NCBI GenBank assembly: GCA_964016885.1
Contig: OZ024753.1
Location: 11,594,001-11,658,000, forward strand
Direction of reading: 5' to 3'
Source of the DNA: Eledone cirrhosa
Taxonomy: Eukaryota
DNA length: 64,000 bases
Shown: positions 57,225 to 64,000 of the stretch, in pieces
Layout: each line of letters starts with the position of its first letter
Position numbering within the stretch: position 1 is the first letter of the stretch
Position numbers and translations under genes: made by a program
The notes under the pieces: model-generated
Told to the model about the DNA's origin: nothing
Databases searched by the model: none
What the model saw: the letters and a program-made list of their open reading frames with translations, nothing else

Positions 57225-57328
57225 GATGCATGCATGCGTGCGCTTGTGTAAAAGGGAAACATGAATAAATAAAGCACACTACATTGAAGAAATATATTAG
57301 TTAAACACCTGAACTAACAAGAAAATAC

Positions 57329-57364
57329 TCTTAACGTTTCGGATACTAATACTTCATCAGAAGA
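57329..57364 (-). ncRNA. Minimal hammerhead (related decayed copy at 17720-17755, minus)
   Basis: tctt CTGATGA agtattagtatcc GAAA cg TT aaga; weak stem II. Confidence 0.5.
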
Positions 57365-57506
57365 TAGAGTTAAAAATAGAACATAAAATAGAAAGATTAA
57401 GAATGGTAAGAGAAAGGGACGCGGAAAAGGCAACGAGAAAAAAACAGACGTGCGTATTCAGTCACCCATATTATATATGTATATATATATATATTATTAT
57501 ATATAT

Positions 57507-57682
57507 AACAAAGGAAATGTGGTAAGGAACCAGATGGACCATAACGCACCAGAGTACTCAATAGTTAGGGTAGTAAATTGGGAACCCGACGGCAAAGCTC
57601 AAGCCGTTTCGACGGCTATTTCTGTCCAGAAATAGCCGTCGAAACGGCTTGCGCTCTGCCGTCGGGGTCATACTTTTTCCTA
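57507..57682 (-). mobile_element. Family B hairpin element
   Basis: Reverse-orientation copy with a 2-nt loop. Confidence 0.75.
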
Positions 57683-57707
57683 TATATATATATATATATA
57701 TATGTAT

Positions 57708-57992
57708 CTAATATAGAAATGGCTTCTACAGGACTGGGGGGGGGGGGTCTTGTACTCTCAGTCGCTTCACGCCATGAAACCGGGATAAGCACCGGCTAAA
57801 TATGAGCTTTCTGGTTTAAGACAGACTTTAGATAGACTTTTTTCTACAGGACTAGAACTGTTTCATTTGGGAGAAATCATCAGGAAAGCCGTGATGATCT
57901 AATCTTGTAGAAGCCATTTCTATTGTAAATATTTATACTCTGTTATGTATTGAATACCTTACTGTGGTTACCCCCGATTGAACCAGGGATAA
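57708..57992. mobile_element. Family C fold-back element interrupted by an about 105-bp SINE-like 3' fragment
   Basis: Hammerhead 57841-57890 (minus; CTGATGA..GAAA cag..ctg TA). Insert 57736-57841 is flanked by the 12-bp duplication ttctacaggact. Confidence 0.7.
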
Positions 57993-58007
57993 AAAGAGAG
58001 AGAGGAG

Positions 58008-58082
<75 letters not shown>

Positions 58083-59688
58083 CGTATGTATGTTTGTGTG
58101 CTGGTTAGAATTACTTTTTTCCTGAGATAGTATTTGGTAAAGAGGAGCAGCTCCTGTGATATATATCTCTATTGTATTTGCAAAGGGCTGTAAGGGAAAT
58201 TATTGTTAGTAAGGGAAATTATTGTTATCTCAAATGTAATGTTAGTTCTATCTAAATTGGTCTGCAGCCAATGTATACAAGTTAGATTAACTTGTCATTT
58301 TTGTTAATATTATCAAGTGTGTAATGAAAAAGAAAAGAAGAAAACATTCTTATTTCTCATAAATATCTTTATATAACCTTGTACGTGCTTTACTCGAAAT
58401 CTATATAACTGCTTCTTTGCAGATAGGCGTATAATAGTTTTAGTCTGATAACATTGAGATTATAGATGAAATTTAACCCATTCAAATATATTTTAACTTG
58501 TAAGTTTATGGCATTTGTGCTTTGATACCGCTCTTTGTTTCTGAGTCCAAATCACACCAACATCAATTAAGTATGTCATCCTAACGGTAATCCATAAAAC
58601 ATAGTATTAGACACATCTGATCGATAAATTGAAATGTCCTCGCTGAGCTTGAGCTTAAACGCAAAACCATTATAATTACTATAGTCAGTGAATTAACAGA
58701 ATCCTTTGAGCATATCATAAATAAAATTAATGGTATCCTTCTGTCAGTTTAGCTCCGGATTTAAAAACTTGCCGATGTTAAATGTTCCTTTCGTCCAAGT
58801 AGGTTCGAGAAAATATAGTCCCAACCATGTACTGATGTTGCTTTAATCAGCTAACCCTTCCCAGCTTCTAAGAATTATTGATTTATACACAAACCCTGCC
58901 TCATTTCCATGATCTATTGATTTACACACAATATACTACCTTATAGTCTTTTCCCGTCCAATTATTTGTCGACTCTCACTACTTAGATTTATATCACTGT
59001 TACAAACATCAGTGTTTGGACAACTCGAGTTTCTAACAGGAAACAAAATAGAGAACTTGACAGTTAATTAAGTGATACCGCAACACGAGGCTTTAATCTA
59101 AAATATCTTTCATAACAACTTAATATATCTAACAAATTCATGAGCTATTTCAGTATCCATAGATTTATTTCATTGATAATAATCGACTGATAATTTGTAA
59201 TTGATCTCCATTCTCTCAGTTACTTGCTTACATTTACCATTGACCCGTGTTCCCCCTCCTATCGGTATGTTTACTTCTTTTCCCTTTTCCTCTCTCCCTC
59301 ATGAACTTTTCATAGATAAAAGACTATGGGCGCGCTACGGATAGAAGTATAGTTTATAATGCGCCGAAGCATCCATGATCCGTAGTAAACTATTGACGAA
59401 GGGAGACTGTCCATCTCTTGTTTGTGTCTCCTTACATTCTGACACCCATTATCAGTAACCACACAGCCCCTCCTCTCAATATATATATATTTATTAAAAT
59501 AACAGATTAAAGTTTAAGCAAGGAATCGGTGTTTTCACCCTTAACGGGATCTTCGGATTTTAGACTTTACATTTTTTATTATTACTATTTAATGCGATGA
59601 AATACCAATTATGGTTGGAAAATCACTGACGAAGGACTATTTTTATCATATGTAACCCATTTGCAACCACGCAGTATTCTTTCTTTTC

Positions 59689-59757
<69 letters not shown>

Positions 59758-60470
59758 GCACAGATTATATTATATACTGATTCGAACTGCATTGGAACTT
59801 ATATCAGTTAGGCCGACTTTTGGATCAATTCCGAGTCACTAACTGCCACCAGTCTACCATGTAATGCTCGCGATTTTCTCAATAATTTACTAATGAATGC
59901 TTGCTAACATGGATATATTTTCTTCTATAGAGATCAGTAATACGGGCAGGACAGTCAGTTTTTAGAATAGAAAGCTAATTTTCTGCGAAACTATTTTTAC
60001 TTCATTTTACTGGAATATAAAAAAATAAAGAGAGAAGAGCATAGAACAAACAGAAAAAAATCTATAGACTTTGGCTGACAAAATAAAAATTCTATCTATG
60101 TTGATGAGTCGAACGAAAATAGCACAAGATTCTCACCGACTGTCAAGCAGGCTATTTATAATTATAAAAAAGGTTGATATTGGTAAACCTCATACTTTCT
60201 TTAGGCAATTTCAACTTAATTTCCTTTATAGTGACTTGAAATTTTGTGTAACAATGGCAACAGTTTTATTTTTACAATAGCTTCAGGTATGGTAAATGTT
60301 AAAACCTTTCGGACACACGCAAGGTAAGTATACACATACAAACACAAACGGACACACATACACGTACTCGTTTCATCTCTATATATATTTCTCAATATAT
60401 TTTTACGATATAATAAAGAAATCGATGCTGAAAAGACCCCCCCCCCCCACACACACACGTGTGTACAACT

Positions 60471-60513
<43 letters not shown>

Positions 60514-61050
60514 ATACACACACATATATATATATCCATACATACATATATAAATATATATCTATACATACAAAACATACACATACATATATATATATAC
60601 ATGCATATACATACATATATACATGCATATACACATGCATACACATACATACATGCATACGCATACATATATATATATATATACATACACATATACCTAC
60701 ATACATATATACATATATATATATATACATACACATATACCTACATACATATATACATACACATATACCTACATACATATATACATACACATATACCTAC
60801 ATACATATATATATATACATATATATATATACATACATACATACATACATACATACATACATAGATACATATATATACACAAATATATATATATATACAT
60901 ACATACATAGATACATATATATACACACATATATATATATATATACATACATAGATACATATACATACACACATATATATATATATACATACATAGATAC
61001 ATATATATACACATATATACATACATACATATATATACACATATATATAT

Positions 61051-61081
<31 letters not shown>

Positions 61082-61159
61082 CACATATATATATATATAT
61101 ATACATACATACATACATACATACATACACATATATGTATGTATGTATGTATATGTTAT

Positions 61160-61772
61160 GTCGGGTCACTCTTGAGTGCTACTGGTAACATGTAACCCAG
61201 TACAAGCTGTCGCATGGTCGGGTTGTCGCACGACTAAACTGGCAACCCCACCAAGTTTACTTGGTGAGGGGGGTGATTTTGGACACCCTGCAGGACAAAA
61301 AAACAAAACCTGACAAAGGGCGAAGAACTCATAAGGGTCAACGGCCATCTAAAAGTGTGTAAATGTGTATATACACATGTATAAGTGTGTGTATATGTGT
61401 AAATGCATGGGTGGATGTGTATGTATATGCGCGGGGACATAGAAACAGTCGAGCTGGACACCCGATCGCGCGGTTAAACTACTGGGAGTGAAGGCGCCCT
61501 AGCCTTTGTCAGGGCATTCTTCTAGGAGAAGACAACTCAGGAAACTGGGATAACCCCGATATAAAACCTGCGGCTCCATAGTTACCGATGATGTTGATCT
61601 TTTCTTCTTTTCGGGTTATAGCTACTGTCGCTCAGAGAGTGGGATTGGCTCAGTGCACAGGCTTTCCTCACTTTAAAAAATATCTTCACGCACAGGCATT
61701 GCACGATATAATTAATGAATAATTATTAATAATGGTATACTGGCCATACTCGATAACGAGGGGGCAGCCATC
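61160..61772 (+). mobile_element. Bipartite non-autonomous RTE derivative, family 1 (5' head + LINE 5' UTR + LINE 3' end, no ORF)
   Basis: 61430-61706 aligns with 27370-27646; 61741-61772 is identical to 31519-31550; head 61160-61350 is homologous to 31569-31760. Confidence 0.88.
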
Positions 61773-61977
61773 ATGTATATATATATATATGTATGTGTGT
61801 GTATATACATACATATATATATATATACCTACATATACATACATATATATGCATACATATACATACATATATATGCATACATATATATACATACATATGC
61901 ATACATATACATGGATACATATATATACATATATATGCATACATATATATACATATACATATATACATACATATATA

Positions 61978-62008
<31 letters not shown>

Positions 62009-62221
62009 ATATACATATATATATACATACATATACATACATATATATGCATACATATATATACATACATATGCATACATATACATGGATACATATATAT
62101 ACATATATATGCATACATATATATACATATACATATATATATATACATACATATATATATATATACATATATATATACATACATATATATATATACATAC
62201 ATATATATATATACATACATA

Positions 62222-62262
<41 letters not shown>

Positions 62263-62285
62263 ACATATATATATACATACATATA

Positions 62286-62342
<57 letters not shown>

Positions 62343-62358
62343 ACATACATATATATAT

Positions 62359-62413
<55 letters not shown>

Positions 62414-62441
62414 CATTTATATATATATATATATATACATT

Positions 62442-62523
<82 letters not shown>

Positions 62524-62894
62524 CATACATATATATATATATACATACATATATATATATACATACATATATATATACATACATATATATATATACATAC
62601 ATACATATATATATACATACATATATATATACATACATATATATATACATACATACATATATATATACATACATATATATATATATACATACATATATAT
62701 ATACATACATATATATATACATACATATATATATATATACATACATACATATATATATACATACATATATATATACATACATACATATATATATACATAC
62801 ATATATATATACATACATATATATATACATACATATATATATACATATATATATATATATACATACATATATATATATACATACATATATATAT

Positions 62895-62927
<33 letters not shown>

Positions 62928-63086
62928 CATACATATATATATATATACATACATATACATACATATATATATACATACATATACATACATACATATACAT
63001 ACATACATATATATATATATACATACATATACATATACAAACATATACATACATATATATATATATATACATACATATATATATAC
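61773..63086. repeat. (TA/TACA)n microsatellite
   Basis: Directly visible; similar blocks at 60475-61155 and 63420-64000. Confidence 0.95.
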
Positions 63087-63167
63087 TATTAATAATGAGT
63101 TCAAACCTCAGGCAGTCCTTTACAATGAAATAGCTCAAAGAAATATTTCCGAGCCGCGTAATACAAG

Positions 63168-63417
63168 TTAATATAAATTAATATATTTGATAAACACAAA
63201 TACCAACATATCCGTGTTTGTATGGTAAACGACTAAAGTTAGCTAGATTGAAAAATACTAATTATAATAATACAGTTTGCCTGTCTTATTTTAAATCGAG
63301 ACAGGCAAACTGTATTATTATAATTAGTATTTTTCAATCTAGCTAACTTTAGTCGTTTACAATACAAACACGGATATGTTGGTATTTGTGTTTATCAAAT
63401 ATATTAATTTATATTAA
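63168..63417. repeat. Near-perfect fold-back inverted repeat (about 120-bp arms) within TA-rich microsatellite
   Basis: Arms read as reverse complements around about 63293. Confidence 0.85.
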
Positions 63418-63447
63418 TTGTATATATATATACATATATATACATAC

Positions 63448-63478
<31 letters not shown>

Positions 63479-63628
63479 TACATATATATATATATATACA
63501 TACATATATACATACATATATATATATATATACATACATATATATATATATATACATACATATACATACACATATATATATTTACATATATATATATATA
63601 CATACATATACATACACATATATATATT

Positions 63629-63674
<46 letters not shown>

Positions 63675-64000
63675 CATACATATATATATATACATACATA
63701 CATACATATATATATACATATACATACATATACATACATATATACATATATATACATATATATATACATACATATACATATATACATACATATACATATA
63801 TATACATATATACATACATATACATATATATACGTGTATACATATATATACATGTATACATATATATACATGTATACATATATATACATATATATATACA
63901 TACATATACATATGTATACATGTATACATATATATATACATATACATATATATACATACATACATATACATATACATATATATATATATATATATACATA

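Overview
Very AT-rich, microsatellite-saturated eukaryotic DNA with no recognisable host gene. The tRNA-derived SINE and the zinc-finger RTE suggest an octopod cephalopod (inference). The only intact CDS is an RTE-clade LINE (27759-31304; APE endonuclease + RT + three C2H2 fingers). It is accompanied by three families of short bipartite non-autonomous RTE derivatives, one of which keeps a terminal zinc finger. The main hidden signal is a dense population of short Penelope-like (PLE)/retrozyme-type elements from at least eight families. They carry minimal type I hammerhead ribozymes, sit in (TA)n tracts, mostly occur as fold-back hairpins or partial tandems, and several share a YGAGTRC motif near their 3' ends. 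A PLE GIY-YIG fragment (3365-3700, minus) is a candidate remnant of the mobilising partner. Also present: about 18 tRNA-SINE copies, two non-autonomous Helitrons, hAT- and Tigger-like MITEs, decayed CRE-like, RTE and CR1/Jockey-like fragments, and minisatellites. Nearly all other ORFs in the track are microsatellite translations. All calls were made by eye, without database searches or folding software.
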